This document shows, piece after piece, positions 30,139 to 41,479 of a stretch of DNA of 64,000 nt (within the stretch, counting starts at the first letter, position 1; the number at the start of each line of letters is the position of its first letter). A program made the position numbers and the translations under genes. Source of the stretch: Gammaproteobacteria bacterium (GTDB lineage: Bacteria > Pseudomonadota > Gammaproteobacteria > UBA4575); the NCBI GenBank assembly GCA_965222615.1, contig CBDCUI010000009.1:704001-768000 (forward strand). Direction: 5' to 3'. Under the pieces are notes generated by a model that was given only the letters and a program-made list of their open reading frames with translations, did not search any database and was not told the origin of the DNA.

Positions 30139-32506
30139 TTGCCACCCTCTGGATTTCAACTGGCGCAATGGCAGTTCCAAGCTGATCGATGTGTTTTGAA
30201 CTTCTTTCTATCCAAACACATTCCATTGGAATGGTTTGATCTATTTTCAAATCTAGTGTCATTTCCTTGTTGCCCTGTACAACACGTACTTTTGTTTCTT
30301 GCAAAACATCAAGTTGTTGCGCCTGTTGTTCACACATACTCACACAAGGTGGTCTTTCATATACAGTTTCTTGCAAAGAGTTGGCGCGGCGAACAATATT
30401 GTCGGTAGCATAAATCGGTGTGCTGGATACTCTATACAACTTCTCTTGTCTGCCATTTAAATTCACCACACTTAAATCTTTGAGACTACTGTTGAATTCA
30501 ACGTCTACTTCAAATTGTGCTTTAAGTTCTTCGCGTACATCTTGGCAAGTTTGATATTGCGCATCTTCAAGGCCTAATTTATTTGCTAGCACTCTTAATA
30601 TGCGCCATGCAGGACGAGATTCACCTAAGCTTGGTACAGATTGGTTTATACTTTGCCATCTTCCTTCTGCATTAATATACGTACCATCCGTTTCTGAAAA
30701 AGTAGCGATGGGTAAAATAACATCTACATATTCCTGCATTGATTCAGTTATATAAGGAGTGAAAAGCACTACGAAGTCTGCTTGTTGCATGGCGTCGATT
30801 GCCAATGGCGCATTGGCAAAATCAAACTCTGGTTCCAAATTAAATAACACATAAGCTTTTCTAGTATTTTCAAGCATTTCATTGGTATTTAAACCAACAT
30901 TTGCATTGCTTTTTCCTGCAGGCAATCTATGTGGAATCATTCCAGCCAACCATGCGCCTGCAGTATTTCCAGCCGATGCAATGATTCCAAAATTTGAATT
31001 CGTTGCGTTCGCAATAAAATTTGCCAGTGCGCGCAAGCAGGATGCTTGCGGATGGGAATCAACCATTGAACCTAGCAATATACTTGTGCAATTTGTATTA
31101 CTCAAAGAATTGAAAATATCCTGAGCATAATCTGAAACTGATACTTCATTGATTAACTGCTTCAGCGTATCTGGTAATTGTTGCACAGCATTTGTTTCTG
31201 CACATTTTGCAATCTCAGCAAGTGCACCTACCCATTGTTGCGGCGCACAATTCCAAGTATTTTGATGGGCAAAAAGAAAATCAAAATTTTGTGCATTTAA
31301 ACTTACAACCTGACAACCATTCGCTTTACGTATTCGATGCGCAAGCATCGGCTGTTCGGTTCGAACATCACAACCAATTAAAAAGATGGTGTCATTTTCT
31401 TCAATCGATTCAATTGATTGGCCCAAATAAGGAAACAGTGGCATAGACTCCTGATCAACGAAATCGACTTGTCGTGTGCGGTGGTCGAGATTTTGGACAT
31501 TCAGGCGACGAAATATTTTTTGCAATAAATATAACTCTTCCACTGATGAATGTGGTGATGCCAATACTCCAATTTGTTCAGTAGAGATGCTTTGTAATTT
31601 TTCTGCTACTTGGTCTAAACATGTATTCCAGTCCGGCGTTTGCCAGCCATGATCACCTTTAAGCATGGGTTGATCTGCCCGTTCATTTGAATGTAAACCT
31701 TCGTAACTAAAACGATCACGATCGGATATCCATGTTTCATTTACTGTACTATTTTCTCTAGGCACAACCCGCATGACCTTGTTGCGCAAAGTATGTAAAT
31801 AAATATTTGAACCAACACTATCATGTGGTGCAACACTGGAAGATTGCAACATCTCCCAAGCTCGTGCATGCATACGTGATGGTTTGGCGTTTAATGCACC
31901 AACTGGACAAACATCAATTATATTGCCAGACAACTCTGAACTAAGGGAACGCTCTATATAAGTACCGATTTCCATAAACTCGCCACGTCCCGTTGCGCCG
32001 AGCTCTGCTATCCCCGCAATCTCTCTTCCGAAGCGTACGCAACGTGTACAGTGTATACAACGTGTCATGTCCGTTGAAACTAACGGGCCCAACTCTTTAT
32101 CAGGTACCACACGTTTTCTTTCCGTATATCGCGAAACATCTTCTCCATATCCCATCGCGACATCTTGCAGTTCACATTCACCACCTTGATCACAGACCGG
32201 ACAATCAAGTGGGTGGTTAATCAACAAAAACTCCATCGTGCCGCGTTGTGCATCCAGGGCTAAAGACGACTTGGTATAGACCTTCATCCCTTCTGCAACA
32301 GGTGTCGCACAGGCAGGTAATGGTTTTGGTGCTTTTTCTACTTCCACCATACACATGCGACAATTCGCAGCAACGGATAACTTTTTATGGTAACAAAAAC
32401 GTGGAATATCGATGTCATACTGATCGGCAACCTCTATGACCATTGCACCTTTTGGTGCCGTGACTTCTTTATCGTTAATAAATAATTGAACAGTATCTTC
32501 AGACAT
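30131..32506 (-). CDS. nuoG: NADH-quinone oxidoreductase subunit G
   Basis: [32 protein letters not shown]. Confidence 0.98.
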   Translation of the reverse strand: MSEDTVQLFINDKEVTAPKGAMVIEVADQYDIDIPRFCYHKKLSVAANCRMCMVEVEKAPKPLPACATPVAEGMKVYTKSSLALDAQRGTMEFLLINHPLDCPVCDQGGECELQDVAMGYGEDVSRYTERKRVVPDKELGPLVSTDMTRCIHCTRCVRFGREIAGIAELGATGRGEFMEIGTYIERSLSSELSGNIIDVCPVGALNAKPSRMHARAWEMLQSSSVAPHDSVGSNIYLHTLRNKVMRVVPRENSTVNETWISDRDRFSYEGLHSNERADQPMLKGDHGWQTPDWNTCLDQVAEKLQSISTEQIGVLASPHSSVEELYLLQKIFRRLNVQNLDHRTRQVDFVDQESMPLFPYLGQSIESIEENDTIFLIGCDVRTEQPMLAHRIRKANGCQVVSLNAQNFDFLFAHQNTWNCAPQQWVGALAEIAKCAETNAVQQLPDTLKQLINEVSVSDYAQDIFNSLSNTNCTSILLGSMVDSHPQASCLRALANFIANATNSNFGIIASAGNTAGAWLAGMIPHRLPAGKSNANVGLNTNEMLENTRKAYVLFNLEPEFDFANAPLAIDAMQQADFVVLFTPYITESMQEYVDVILPIATFSETDGTYINAEGRWQSINQSVPSLGESRPAWRILRVLANKLGLEDAQYQTCQDVREELKAQFEVDVEFNSSLKDLSVVNLNGRQEKLYRVSSTPIYATDNIVRRANSLQETVYERPPCVSMCEQQAQQLDVLQETKVRVVQGNKEMTLDLKIDQTIPMECVWIERSSKHIDQLGTAIAPVEIQRVANA

Positions 32507-32518
32507 AATATTTATTGG

Positions 32519-33820
32519 TTACGCTGCAACACTTTCATTGTTTGGCTTATCTAAAATACTACAGCCATGTTTAATATAGTGAATAAATTCATGGCGATAA
32601 TGTTTAATAAAACTATGTACTGGCATCGCAGCAGCATCACCCAATGCACAAATGGTTCTGCCTTCAATTTTACTTGCTACGTCATCTAGCTTTTCGATGT
32701 CTTGCTGCTTGCCATTTCCTTCAATAATGCGAGTAATCATTCGATATAACCAACCGGTTCCCTCTCTACAGGGTGTGCATTGCCCACACGACTCAGAAAA
32801 ATAAAAACGGGATATACGTTGTAAGACTTTTACCATATCCGTTGAATCATCCATTACCACTACCGCACCAGAGCCTAATAAAGAACCTGCTTGTGAAATG
32901 GATTCATAATCCATATTGGCATTTAGCATTATGTCGCCAGGTACCACAGGTACTGAAGAACCTCCGGGAATAACTGCTTTAAGTGCAGCACCGTTACGGA
33001 CACCTCCAGCAAGCTCTAATAACTTTGCAAATGGCGTCCCTAGTGGTACTTCAAAATTTCCCGGGTTATTGATATGCCCTGAAACTGAGAAACATTTTGT
33101 GCCGCCACTTTTTTCTACACCTAAAGAGGCAAACCATTCTGCCCCTTCTCGCATAATGCTTGGCACGGATGCAAAAGTTTCCGTATTGTTTATCGTGGTC
33201 GGCATGCCGTATAAACCTACATTGGCAGGAAATGGTGGTTTAAAACGTGGCTGACCTTTTTTACCTTCTAACGACTCGAGCAATGCAGTTTCTTCGCCAC
33301 ATATATAGGCACCAGCGCCAAGTGTGTCATATAAATAAAAAGTAAAGTCAGTTCCAAGAATATTGTCGCCTAAATATCCTGCAGCGTAGGCCTCATCTAA
33401 GGCATCTTTAAATCTTAGATAAGGTTCATCTAAAAATTCACCGCGCAAATAATTGTAGCCTACCGATGCTCGCATGGCGTAAGCAGCAATTGCCATGCCC
33501 TCAATCACAGCATGAGGATTAAATCTTAATATGTCACGGTCTTTGCACGTGCCTGGTTCGGACTCATCAGAATTACATACTACATAACTTTGAATAGCTA
33601 GATCTCTTGGCATAAAACTCCATTTCAATCCGGTGGGAAATCCTGCACCTCCACGACCGCGCAAACCCGATGCCTTCACCTGTTCGATCACATCATCGGG
33701 TGAAATATTTTCTTGCAGAATTTTTTCCCAGGCAGAATAACCACCAACACTTAAATAATTTTCCAGCGTCCATGGCTGGTCAAATTTTAAGGTTTGATAG
33801 CAAACATTATTTAATTCCAT
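32519..33820 (-). CDS. nuoF: NADH-quinone oxidoreductase subunit F
   Basis: [31 protein letters not shown]. Confidence 0.98.
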   Translation of the reverse strand: MELNNVCYQTLKFDQPWTLENYLSVGGYSAWEKILQENISPDDVIEQVKASGLRGRGGAGFPTGLKWSFMPRDLAIQSYVVCNSDESEPGTCKDRDILRFNPHAVIEGMAIAAYAMRASVGYNYLRGEFLDEPYLRFKDALDEAYAAGYLGDNILGTDFTFYLYDTLGAGAYICGEETALLESLEGKKGQPRFKPPFPANVGLYGMPTTINNTETFASVPSIMREGAEWFASLGVEKSGGTKCFSVSGHINNPGNFEVPLGTPFAKLLELAGGVRNGAALKAVIPGGSSVPVVPGDIMLNANMDYESISQAGSLLGSGAVVVMDDSTDMVKVLQRISRFYFSESCGQCTPCREGTGWLYRMITRIIEGNGKQQDIEKLDDVASKIEGRTICALGDAAAMPVHSFIKHYRHEFIHYIKHGCSILDKPNNESVAA

Positions 33821-33836
33821 AATAGACCTAATCTAA

Positions 33837-33876
33837 TTTTTTAACGCCATATCAGAATAAATCAGAGTTTCCGTAA
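33837..33876 (+). repeat. MITE-like element copy 2 (right-end remnant); supplies the nuoE stop
   Basis: ttttaacgccatatcagaataaatcagagtttccgtaa matches the right ends of copies 1 and 3. Confidence 0.75.
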
Positions 33877-34365
33877 CTCTTCTAAAATTTTATCGACTTT
33901 TTCAATAGTCAAATTCTCTTTATAAACATGATCCACCTGCATCATGGGTGCGCCACAACAGGCAGCTAAACATTCTTCTTCTTGTTTTAAATAAAACTTT
34001 CCATCTTTGGTGGTTTCACCTAATTCGATACCCAATTTTTTCTTCAAATGTTCTACAATTTCATCAGCACCACACAACATGCAAGACAGGTTTGTACATA
34101 CCGAGATTGTATGTTTCCCCACAGGCTTAAGCTCAAACATGGAATAAAACGACGCAACTTCATAAACAGCAATTGCTGGCATATCTAAATACTCTGCAAT
34201 GGCATCCATTTTCTCTACGGGTAAATAACCTTCTTCATGTTGCAACGCGCGTAAAGCGCCTAGTACAGCAGATTGCTTTTGATCAACGGGATAACGTGCT
34301 AACCATGCTTCGATTTCACCACGCAGGTGTTCCGATAATTTTTCAGATGTAGATGTTTCTGTCAT
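33862..34365 (-). CDS. nuoE: NADH-quinone oxidoreductase subunit E
   Basis: [16 protein letters not shown]. Confidence 0.97.
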   Translation of the reverse strand: MTETSTSEKLSEHLRGEIEAWLARYPVDQKQSAVLGALRALQHEEGYLPVEKMDAIAEYLDMPAIAVYEVASFYSMFELKPVGKHTISVCTNLSCMLCGADEIVEHLKKKLGIELGETTKDGKFYLKQEEECLAACCGAPMMQVDHVYKENLTIEKVDKILEELRKL

Positions 34366-35615
34366 CGATCAATTTCTCCAAACACAATGTCTTGTGTACC
34401 TATAATTGCAACCACATCGGCTAACATATGTCCACGTGACATCTCATCTAAAGAGGCTAAGTGTGCAAAACCTGGTGCACGAATTTTTAAACGGTAGGGT
34501 TTATTCGCTCCATCCGACACTAAGTAGATGCCAAATTCACCTTTAGGATGTTCAATTGCGGCATACACTTCACCAGGGGGCAAACAATATCCTTCCGTAA
34601 ATAACTTAAAGTGATGAATGAGTTCTTCCATCCCCATTTTCATATCTCCACGTTTGGGTGGAGAAACTTTATGATTATCAACCATCACTGGGCCTGGATT
34701 GTTTCTTAACCAATCAACACATTGTTTAATAATCAAATTAGATTGACGCATTTCCTCTATGCGCACTAAATAACGATCGTAACAGTCACCATTCACACCA
34801 ACGGGAATTTGAAACTCAAGCTGATCATAAACTTCATACGGCTGCTTGCGACGCAAATCCCACTCTATACCTGAACCACGCAACATGGGTCCAGTGAAGC
34901 CTAATTGCAATGCACGCTCTGGACTCACGATTCCAATGTCGACAGTACGCTGTTTCCAAATTCTATTTTCCGTTAACAGTGTTTCATACTCATCAACACA
35001 AGCTGGAAATCTATTAGTAAAATCTTCAATAAAGTCTAACAAGGAACCACTGCGTGCCTTGTTTAATTTATTAACAGTCTTTTCATCGCTCCATCTCGAT
35101 TCAACATATTTCGGCATTTCATCTGGTAAATCACGATACACTCCCCCTGGACGATAATAGGTTGCGTGCATACGCGCACCCGAGACCGCTTCGTAACAAT
35201 CCATCAAATCTTCGCGTTCGCGAAAAGCATAAAGAAAGACGGTCATTGCACCGATATCTAATGCATGTGCACCTAGCCATAACAAGTGATTAAGAATTCG
35301 TGTGATTTCATCAAACATCACCCGTATGTATTGCGCTCGCTCTGGAGGAGTTATGCCAACTAACTTTTCTATCGCCATAACATATGCGTGTTCATTACAC
35401 ATCATCGAGACATAATCCAAGCGGTCCATGTACCCTATGCTTTGGTTGTAGGGCTTACTCTCTGCAAGTTTTTCCGTTGCACGATGTAGAAGACCAATAT
35501 GAGGGTCTGCGCGTTGCACAACTTCGCCTTCCATTTCCAGTACTAAACGAAGCACGCCATGGGCAGCCGGATGCTGTGGACCAAAATTCATGGTGTAGTT
35601 TCTAAGCTCAGACAT
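34362..35615 (-). CDS. nuoD: NADH-quinone oxidoreductase subunit D
   Basis: [23 protein letters not shown]; start MSELRN. Confidence 0.98.
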   Translation of the reverse strand: MSELRNYTMNFGPQHPAAHGVLRLVLEMEGEVVQRADPHIGLLHRATEKLAESKPYNQSIGYMDRLDYVSMMCNEHAYVMAIEKLVGITPPERAQYIRVMFDEITRILNHLLWLGAHALDIGAMTVFLYAFREREDLMDCYEAVSGARMHATYYRPGGVYRDLPDEMPKYVESRWSDEKTVNKLNKARSGSLLDFIEDFTNRFPACVDEYETLLTENRIWKQRTVDIGIVSPERALQLGFTGPMLRGSGIEWDLRRKQPYEVYDQLEFQIPVGVNGDCYDRYLVRIEEMRQSNLIIKQCVDWLRNNPGPVMVDNHKVSPPKRGDMKMGMEELIHHFKLFTEGYCLPPGEVYAAIEHPKGEFGIYLVSDGANKPYRLKIRAPGFAHLASLDEMSRGHMLADVVAIIGTQDIVFGEIDR

Positions 35616-36333
35616 CGGCTTCACCTGCATCAACATCGCTAGCTTCAAAACGATGATCGTCACGAATAACCTTAGGTACACCGATGCGTGGTTCGATAGA
35701 GACCGGTTGATAAATTACGCGTTTTTGTTCGGGGTCATAACGAACTTCTACATGTCCTATCAGTGGGAAATCTTTGCGAAATGGATGACCAGTAAACCCA
35801 TAATCGGTAAGAATGCGGCGCAAGTCCGGATGCCCTTCAAAAATAATCCCGTACAAGTCAAATGCCTCACGCTCGTACCAATTTGCCGAAGACCAGATAT
35901 CGACAACAGAAGGTAGTATGGGAAAATCATCATCCTCACAAAAGACTTTTACACGCAATCTTTGATTATGTGAAACCGAAAGTAAATGATAAACAACCGC
36001 ATACCGAGGTCCGTCCAATTCGCGCTTTTGAGGACCATCATCAAAAGTAAAACGCCCAAAAGAAGTTTTTTCCACGCCTCTACTGAAACCAGATGACGTA
36101 GCGGTCTCAGTATTCCATTCATCCACACCAAATTCTAAATAATCAACCGCGGAAAGATCCATCAGCTGTTCAAATTTAAATTCAGGCGAGATGCATAATT
36201 GTGACAATACATGGATGAGATGTTCACTATTCACAATGATAGTTACCTCATCATGCTGGATTTTTACCGACTGTAAATCAGATGCAAAAACATCATGCAA
36301 TTTGGAACTTAGGGTAGTTAATTGTTCTTCCAT
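35608..36333 (-). CDS. nuoC: NADH-quinone oxidoreductase subunit C
   Basis: [22 protein letters not shown]. Confidence 0.97.
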   Translation of the reverse strand: MEEQLTTLSSKLHDVFASDLQSVKIQHDEVTIIVNSEHLIHVLSQLCISPEFKFEQLMDLSAVDYLEFGVDEWNTETATSSGFSRGVEKTSFGRFTFDDGPQKRELDGPRYAVVYHLLSVSHNQRLRVKVFCEDDDFPILPSVVDIWSSANWYEREAFDLYGIIFEGHPDLRRILTDYGFTGHPFRKDFPLIGHVEVRYDPEQKRVIYQPVSIEPRIGVPKVIRDDHRFEASDVDAGEADV

Positions 36334-36344
36334 GAGATATTTGC

Positions 36345-36821
36345 TTAACGTGCAATAGTATTTGTACGACGAATTTTATTTTGTAATTGTATAATTCCGT
36401 AAAGCAATGCTTCAGCAGTTGGAGGACAACCTGGGACGTAGACATCAACCGGAATGACACGGTCACAACCTCTTACTACTGAATAGGAATAATGGTAATA
36501 CCCGCCACCATTTGCACAGGACCCCATCGAAATCACCCACTTTGGATCTGCCATTTGGTCATATACTTTGCGCAATGCAGGTGCCATTTTATTAACCAAT
36601 GTGCCTGCTACAATCATCACATCTGATTGACGTGGGCTCGGTCTGAACATCACACCAAAACGATCTAAATCATAACGTGATGCTCCGGCATGCATCATTT
36701 CAACTGCACAACAAGCCAGACCAAAAGTCATGGGCCACATTGAACCGGTGCGCGCCCAATTAATGAGCACATCTAAATTCGTGGTTACAAAACCTTCGGA
36801 TAACTTACCTTCAATGCCCAT
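36345..36821 (-). CDS. nuoB: NADH-quinone oxidoreductase subunit B
   Basis: [17 protein letters not shown]. Confidence 0.98.
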   Translation of the reverse strand: MGIEGKLSEGFVTTNLDVLINWARTGSMWPMTFGLACCAVEMMHAGASRYDLDRFGVMFRPSPRQSDVMIVAGTLVNKMAPALRKVYDQMADPKWVISMGSCANGGGYYHYSYSVVRGCDRVIPVDVYVPGCPPTAEALLYGIIQLQNKIRRTNTIAR

Positions 36822-36842
36822 TAGATTCCTCAGTTAAAAATT

Positions 36843-37199
36843 TTAATCCCAGTCCAGTGCGCCTTTTTTCCATTCGTATATAAAGCCCACAGTTAGAACA
36901 ATAAGAAATAACGCCATAGCCAGAAATCCTATCAGCCCAACTTCTCTGATAGCTACTGCCCAAGGAAATAAAAATGCAATCTCTAAATCAAAAATAATGA
37001 ATAATATGGCAACTAAATAATAACGCACATCAAATTGCATTCGTGCATCTTCAAATGCCTCAAATCCGCATTCATAAGGCGAATCTTTTGCATCATCTTT
37101 ATTCCGTGGACCAAGACCAAGACCAAGCAACATGGGGATAAGCCCCATAATTGCAGAAATTATGATAAAGATGAGTATTGGAAGATAATTTTCAATCAT
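36843..37199 (-). CDS. nuoA: NADH-quinone oxidoreductase subunit A
   Basis: [22 protein letters not shown]. Confidence 0.98.
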   Translation of the reverse strand: MIENYLPILIFIIISAIMGLIPMLLGLGLGPRNKDDAKDSPYECGFEAFEDARMQFDVRYYLVAILFIIFDLEIAFLFPWAVAIREVGLIGFLAMALFLIVLTVGFIYEWKKGALDWD

Positions 37200-37299
37200 G
37201 ATTATAATACTTTAAAGCTTGAACCTATTTATTACTGTAATAAACAAAGTTTTATTAAATATAGCTTAAAGAATAATTCGCTTAAGTTATTCAATGTCT

Positions 37300-37727
37300 G
37301 GCTTCGCCAGTCTTCATTTGCATGGAGTGCCAGGTCTCATCCATGTACTTACAATAACCCCTCTCTCTCACGAGACCTATCATCCATAGTGTATAAGTGC
37401 TAAAACTACTCTAAGTTACTCCGCACATTTTCTAAAGAATCGCTGCGCGATATCACTATTTGCACATAATACCCAGGTCACATCCAGGTCCTGTCCACAG
37501 CAGCTACAACGACTTCAAAGTTACACAGGATCTAATATCCCTAGCTTATAGACACTAATAACTACTCTAAGTCACTCCACACATTTTCTAAAGAATCGCT
37601 TCGCGATGCTTTAATTTGCGTGTAATACCCAGGTCACATCCATAGTTCCCACAACAGCTCTACTGCAACATGTGACCTATCATCCTTAGTTTATCAGTGC
37701 TAGAACAATGCTTTATTACTCCGCACA
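37300..37727 (-). repeat. Degenerate ~150-bp tandem repeat downstream of tRNA-Leu (about 3 units)
   Basis: actactctaagt.actcc.cacattttctaaagaatcgct.cgcgat...taatacccaggtcacatcca occurs twice 156 bp apart; gacctatcatcc at ~37374 and ~37674. Confidence 0.8.
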
Positions 37728-37745
37728 ATACTAAGTACAAGCTCT

Positions 37746-37832
37746 TGGTGCCGATGGCCGGACTCGAACCGGCACGAGGTTGCCCTCACTAGCCCCTCAA
37801 GCTAGCGCGTCTACCAATTCCGCCACATCGGC
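37746..37832 (-). tRNA. leuU: tRNA-Leu (GAG)
   Basis: 87-nt cloverleaf with a long variable arm, CTAGC-TTGAGGG-GCTAG, CCA end; downstream of secG. Confidence 0.96.
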
Positions 37833-38061
37833 TTTGCATCCAGGACTATTCTAACTGAAGGCTATCGGGCTTGGATCATTTTTCACTGATAGTGATATAA
37901 GACGGGATAATTCTATATATTACTTTAGATAACAGGAGGTTAAGAAATTGGGCGATTTGAAGTGTGCGTATATAGACAACCTTTTAAGTTCATGGGATCA
38001 TGCTAAAAAAACAATAATTATCACAAGCTTAGCTATTATTATTTACTAGGAGAAAAAACAA

Positions 38062-38160
38062 ATGCCTGAAGAAAATGACTATAGGTCCTATGACACGATT
38101 GCCTTAATCGTAGGCGTAGTGATCGTCCTCGTTGCGTTAGTGATGGCATTCTTTTTTTAA
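38062..38160 (+). CDS. Putative 32-aa single-TM microprotein
   Basis: AGGAG RBS; MPEENDYRSYDTIALIVGVVIVLVALVMAFFF*. Confidence 0.55.
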   Translation: MPEENDYRSYDTIALIVGVVIVLVALVMAFFF

Positions 38161-38214
38161 ACAGTTGAAAAACTGAACCCTCAATAATCTAAATAGATTA
38201 TTTTTTATACAGCA

Positions 38215-38682
38215 TTATTCTGGCACATCATCTGGAATAGTCGCAGAGTTTTCTTGTATAGATTCGATGCCATCTTCTTCTTTTATGGTGGCATCCGTAC
38301 CTGCTTTTTCTTCAACATTTGACACATCAGGCAGATCCGTTGTTTCTATTTCAGAAGTTGTCTCATTAATCTCATCTACAGTACTCTCTACCTGAGGCGC
38401 TTCTTCGATGGCCTCTTGTGCAGCATCGATTACACTTTCTGCCTCCGGGCGATGACTGGCTAAATAGGCAAGCCCTAAACTATTAATAAAAAAAAGAGTA
38501 ACTAATATCGCTGTTGCGCGTGTTAAAAATGAAGCAGACCCGCGTGCACCAAATACGGTTCCAGATGCGCCACTTCCAAATGCAGCGCCAACATCTGCAC
38601 CTTTGCCTTGTTGAATCAATACTAAAAAGATGATGCCTAGCGCTAACAAAACATCGATTGCTACTAATATGCTGTATAACAT
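38215..38682 (-). CDS. secG: Preprotein translocase subunit SecG with an acidic tail
   Basis: QQGKGADVGAAFGSGASGTVFG. Confidence 0.97.
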   Translation of the reverse strand: MLYSILVAIDVLLALGIIFLVLIQQGKGADVGAAFGSGASGTVFGARGSASFLTRATAILVTLFFINSLGLAYLASHRPEAESVIDAAQEAIEEAPQVESTVDEINETTSEIETTDLPDVSNVEEKAGTDATIKEEDGIESIQENSATIPDDVPE

Positions 38683-38709
38683 TTTTTATATGTTCATCTA
38701 TTATTAATA

Positions 38710-38848
38710 TTGAAGAAACTCTGATTTATTAATGAAATGACTGAGATTAGGCAAAATAATTTCGAAAAAACGGAGTGTATTTATATATACATGAGTATTT
38801 TGAGAAATCATTTTAACAACATATCAGAATAAATCAGAGTTTCCTTAA
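38710..38848 (+). mobile_element. MITE-like element copy 3 (short form)
   Basis: Nearly identical to copy 1; IR gaaactctgatttatt / aataaatcagagtttc. Confidence 0.82.
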
Positions 38849-38857
38849 CCTGTAAAA

Positions 38858-39610
38858 TTAATTTGCTGCCATCGCAATAGCAATAAAATCATCCGCTTTA
38901 AGTGCAGCACCACCAATCAAGCCACCATCAATGTCATTTTGACTCAATAGCTGCTTGGCATTATCTGGCTTCATGCTACCACCATAAAGAATTCGTATAT
39001 TTGCCGCAATATTTTTGTTCAATGCATCTAGTTTACAACGAATAAAATCATGGACTTCTTGCGCTTGCTCCGGAGTTGCAGTTTGACCCGTACCAATTGC
39101 CCAAACCGGTTCATAGGCAATAACGGCATTTGCAAAACCTTCAATACTTAAGCGATCAAGAACCGCATCTACTTGTTTTGCAATGACGACTTCAGTATGA
39201 CCGTCCTCACGATCTTGCAATGTTTCCCCAACGCATAGTATTGGGGTCAGATCATTTTTTATCACCTGTTCAAATTTTATTGCAACCATTTCATTACTTT
39301 CACCATACAGGTGCCTACGCTCAGAATGACCAACAATAATATATTTACAACTGAACTCTTTTATCATTCCAGCTGCAACTTCACCAGTATATGCACCAGT
39401 TGCTTGATCCGAACAATCTTGAGCACCTAAGCTTATGTTCGTACCGTCTAATAAATTTTGCACTTGACTCAAATAAGTATAAGGGGGACAAACTGCTAGT
39501 TCAGCTACATTCACGCTGGACGATTTGCTTTTTATTTCAGAAATCAACTCAGAAATGGACTGCAGAGATCCGTTTAACTTCCAATTTCCTGCTACAAGTG
39601 GTTGTCGCAT
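38858..39610 (-). CDS. tpiA: Triosephosphate isomerase
   Basis: VAGNWK, GHSERR, AYEPVWAIGTG; start MRQPL. Confidence 0.98.
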   Translation of the reverse strand: MRQPLVAGNWKLNGSLQSISELISEIKSKSSSVNVAELAVCPPYTYLSQVQNLLDGTNISLGAQDCSDQATGAYTGEVAAGMIKEFSCKYIIVGHSERRHLYGESNEMVAIKFEQVIKNDLTPILCVGETLQDREDGHTEVVIAKQVDAVLDRLSIEGFANAVIAYEPVWAIGTGQTATPEQAQEVHDFIRCKLDALNKNIAANIRILYGGSMKPDNAKQLLSQNDIDGGLIGGAALKADDFIAIAMAAN

Positions 39611-39726
39611 AAGTAAAACAATACCAATTAAGAATATAAAGGCGCGCAGCTTACCGATGACGCGCTCGTTAAGCAAATACTATTAAATCAAGAAAACACC
39701 TGCATAATAATAGTTCTAATAATAAT

Positions 39727-39947
39727 TTAAGGAGTCTCTGATTTATTAATGAAATGGCTGAGATTAGGCAAAAAATGTCGAGACAAATCTGCCGAGAGCA
39801 GATTTGGGAAGCTCTGCTAGCCACAGGCCGAGCACCAGGAAGGTGCGAGTCAAAGCGGAGTGTATAGGCTAATACATGAGCATTTTGAGACATTTTCCTT
39901 TATCAAATTTCTTAGGGACATCTCAGAATAAATCAGTGGCTCCTAAA
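39727..39947 (+). mobile_element. MITE-like element copy 4 (long form with nested 70-bp module at ~39782-39851)
   Basis: ttaaggagtctctgatttatt ... aataaatcagtggctcctaaa; close match to copy 8. Confidence 0.8.
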
Positions 39948-39953
39948 GATTGT

Positions 39954-41300
39954 TTAGCAGGAAGCAGAAACACTATCCTCAATCTGCCTTGCAATCTGTT
40001 GAGCTAACTGCTCAACCTTAGGGGCATCAACACCTTCCACCATCACTCTGATCAATGGCTCGGTACCAGAAGGTCGTAACAAAACTCTACCATTTTCGGC
40101 TAGATCTGCTTCTGCATCTTTGACAGCCTGCTGAATTTGAGGTGCATCATCAATATTAATTTCTGTTTGAACAGGGACATTAATAAGAGTCTGTGGATAC
40201 TTTGCCATGCCCGATTTAGCTTCATGCAAACTCTTTTGTCTACTGACAAGAATTTGTAATACTTGAAGTGCAGCGATAATGGCATCTCCTGTAGTAGTTT
40301 GATCAAGACAAATAATGTGCCCAGAGGATTCACCACCTAGTAACCATGACTGATCTTGCATCATCTCCAAGACATATCGATCACCAACAGCAGCACGTTT
40401 AAAATCAATACCACTATCACGCAAGGCATGCTCTAAGCCTAGATTACTCATCAAGGTGCCCACTACACCACCTTCAAGCATGTTTTTAGATTTTCTAGCC
40501 TGAGCAATTATGTATAGAAGCTCATCACCATCAACGATATCACCTTTATTATCCACCATAATAATACGATCGCCATCGCCATCAATCGCAATTCCTAAAT
40601 CAGCTTTATGTTCAAGCACAGCTTTGCATAATTGTGATGGATTGGTAGCACCACATGCATCATTGATATTTAATCCATTAGGTTTAGATGCAATACTTAT
40701 AACTTCAGCACCTAATTCTGAAAAAACATTAGGTGCAATGTGATACGTGGCACCATGTGCACAATCTACTACTATCTTTAAACCATTTAATTTAATGCGC
40801 GTTGGTATAGTGCTTTTACAAAATTCAATATAGCGGCCCGCTGCGTCACCTACTCTTTCTACTTTTCCTATTTTGTCTGAATTAACAACACTGAGGGGTT
40901 GATCTAATTGTTTCTCAATCTCTAACTCAACATCATCTGGTAGTTTTCTGCCATTTGCAGCAAAGAATTTTACGCCATTATCAAAATAAGGATTGTGCGA
41001 TGCACTAATTACAATCCCAGCAGCAGCACGTAGTGTACGTGTTAAATAAGCTACGGCAGGAGTAGGCATCGGGCCTAGTAAACGAGTATTGACTCCAGCA
41101 GCAGATAAGCCTGCTTCTAGTACAGATTCAAACATATAGCCAGAGATTCGAGTATCTTTCCCAATTAAAACTAAGTTTCTATCTTCACTACACAGTACTC
41201 GACCTACTGCCCAGCCCAACTTCAACACAAACTCTGGATTCATTACGCCATCACCGACACGACCGCGTATTCCATCTGTACCAAAATATTTGCGTCCCAT
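39954..41300 (-). CDS. glmM: Phosphoglucosamine mutase
   Basis: [29 protein letters not shown]. Confidence 0.98.
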   Translation of the reverse strand: MGRKYFGTDGIRGRVGDGVMNPEFVLKLGWAVGRVLCSEDRNLVLIGKDTRISGYMFESVLEAGLSAAGVNTRLLGPMPTPAVAYLTRTLRAAAGIVISASHNPYFDNGVKFFAANGRKLPDDVELEIEKQLDQPLSVVNSDKIGKVERVGDAAGRYIEFCKSTIPTRIKLNGLKIVVDCAHGATYHIAPNVFSELGAEVISIASKPNGLNINDACGATNPSQLCKAVLEHKADLGIAIDGDGDRIIMVDNKGDIVDGDELLYIIAQARKSKNMLEGGVVGTLMSNLGLEHALRDSGIDFKRAAVGDRYVLEMMQDQSWLLGGESSGHIICLDQTTTGDAIIAALQVLQILVSRQKSLHEAKSGMAKYPQTLINVPVQTEINIDDAPQIQQAVKDAEADLAENGRVLLRPSGTEPLIRVMVEGVDAPKVEQLAQQIARQIEDSVSASC

Positions 41301-41479
41301 TAGAATTTTAATATTTAGCGATTACTTGAACGAAGTGTATTAATAAATCTAAGCAAGCCAGTTAGTTTAGGCGCGGCATTTCGACGAAACTATATAATAA
41401 TAAGACTGACTGGAATTAGATGCTGCGTTAGTCACATCTATACGAACTTGTTTCTATTTAAAGTAATAATAACAGCGGC

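Noticed and set aside
37035-37403. 122-aa plus-strand ORF
   Set aside because: Antisense to nuoA and the repeat region; no coding signal
39669-39893. Pair of similar ~70-aa ORFs (also 63676-63885) suggesting a small gene family
   Set aside because: The similarity is confined to the long MITE copies; these are translations of the repeat
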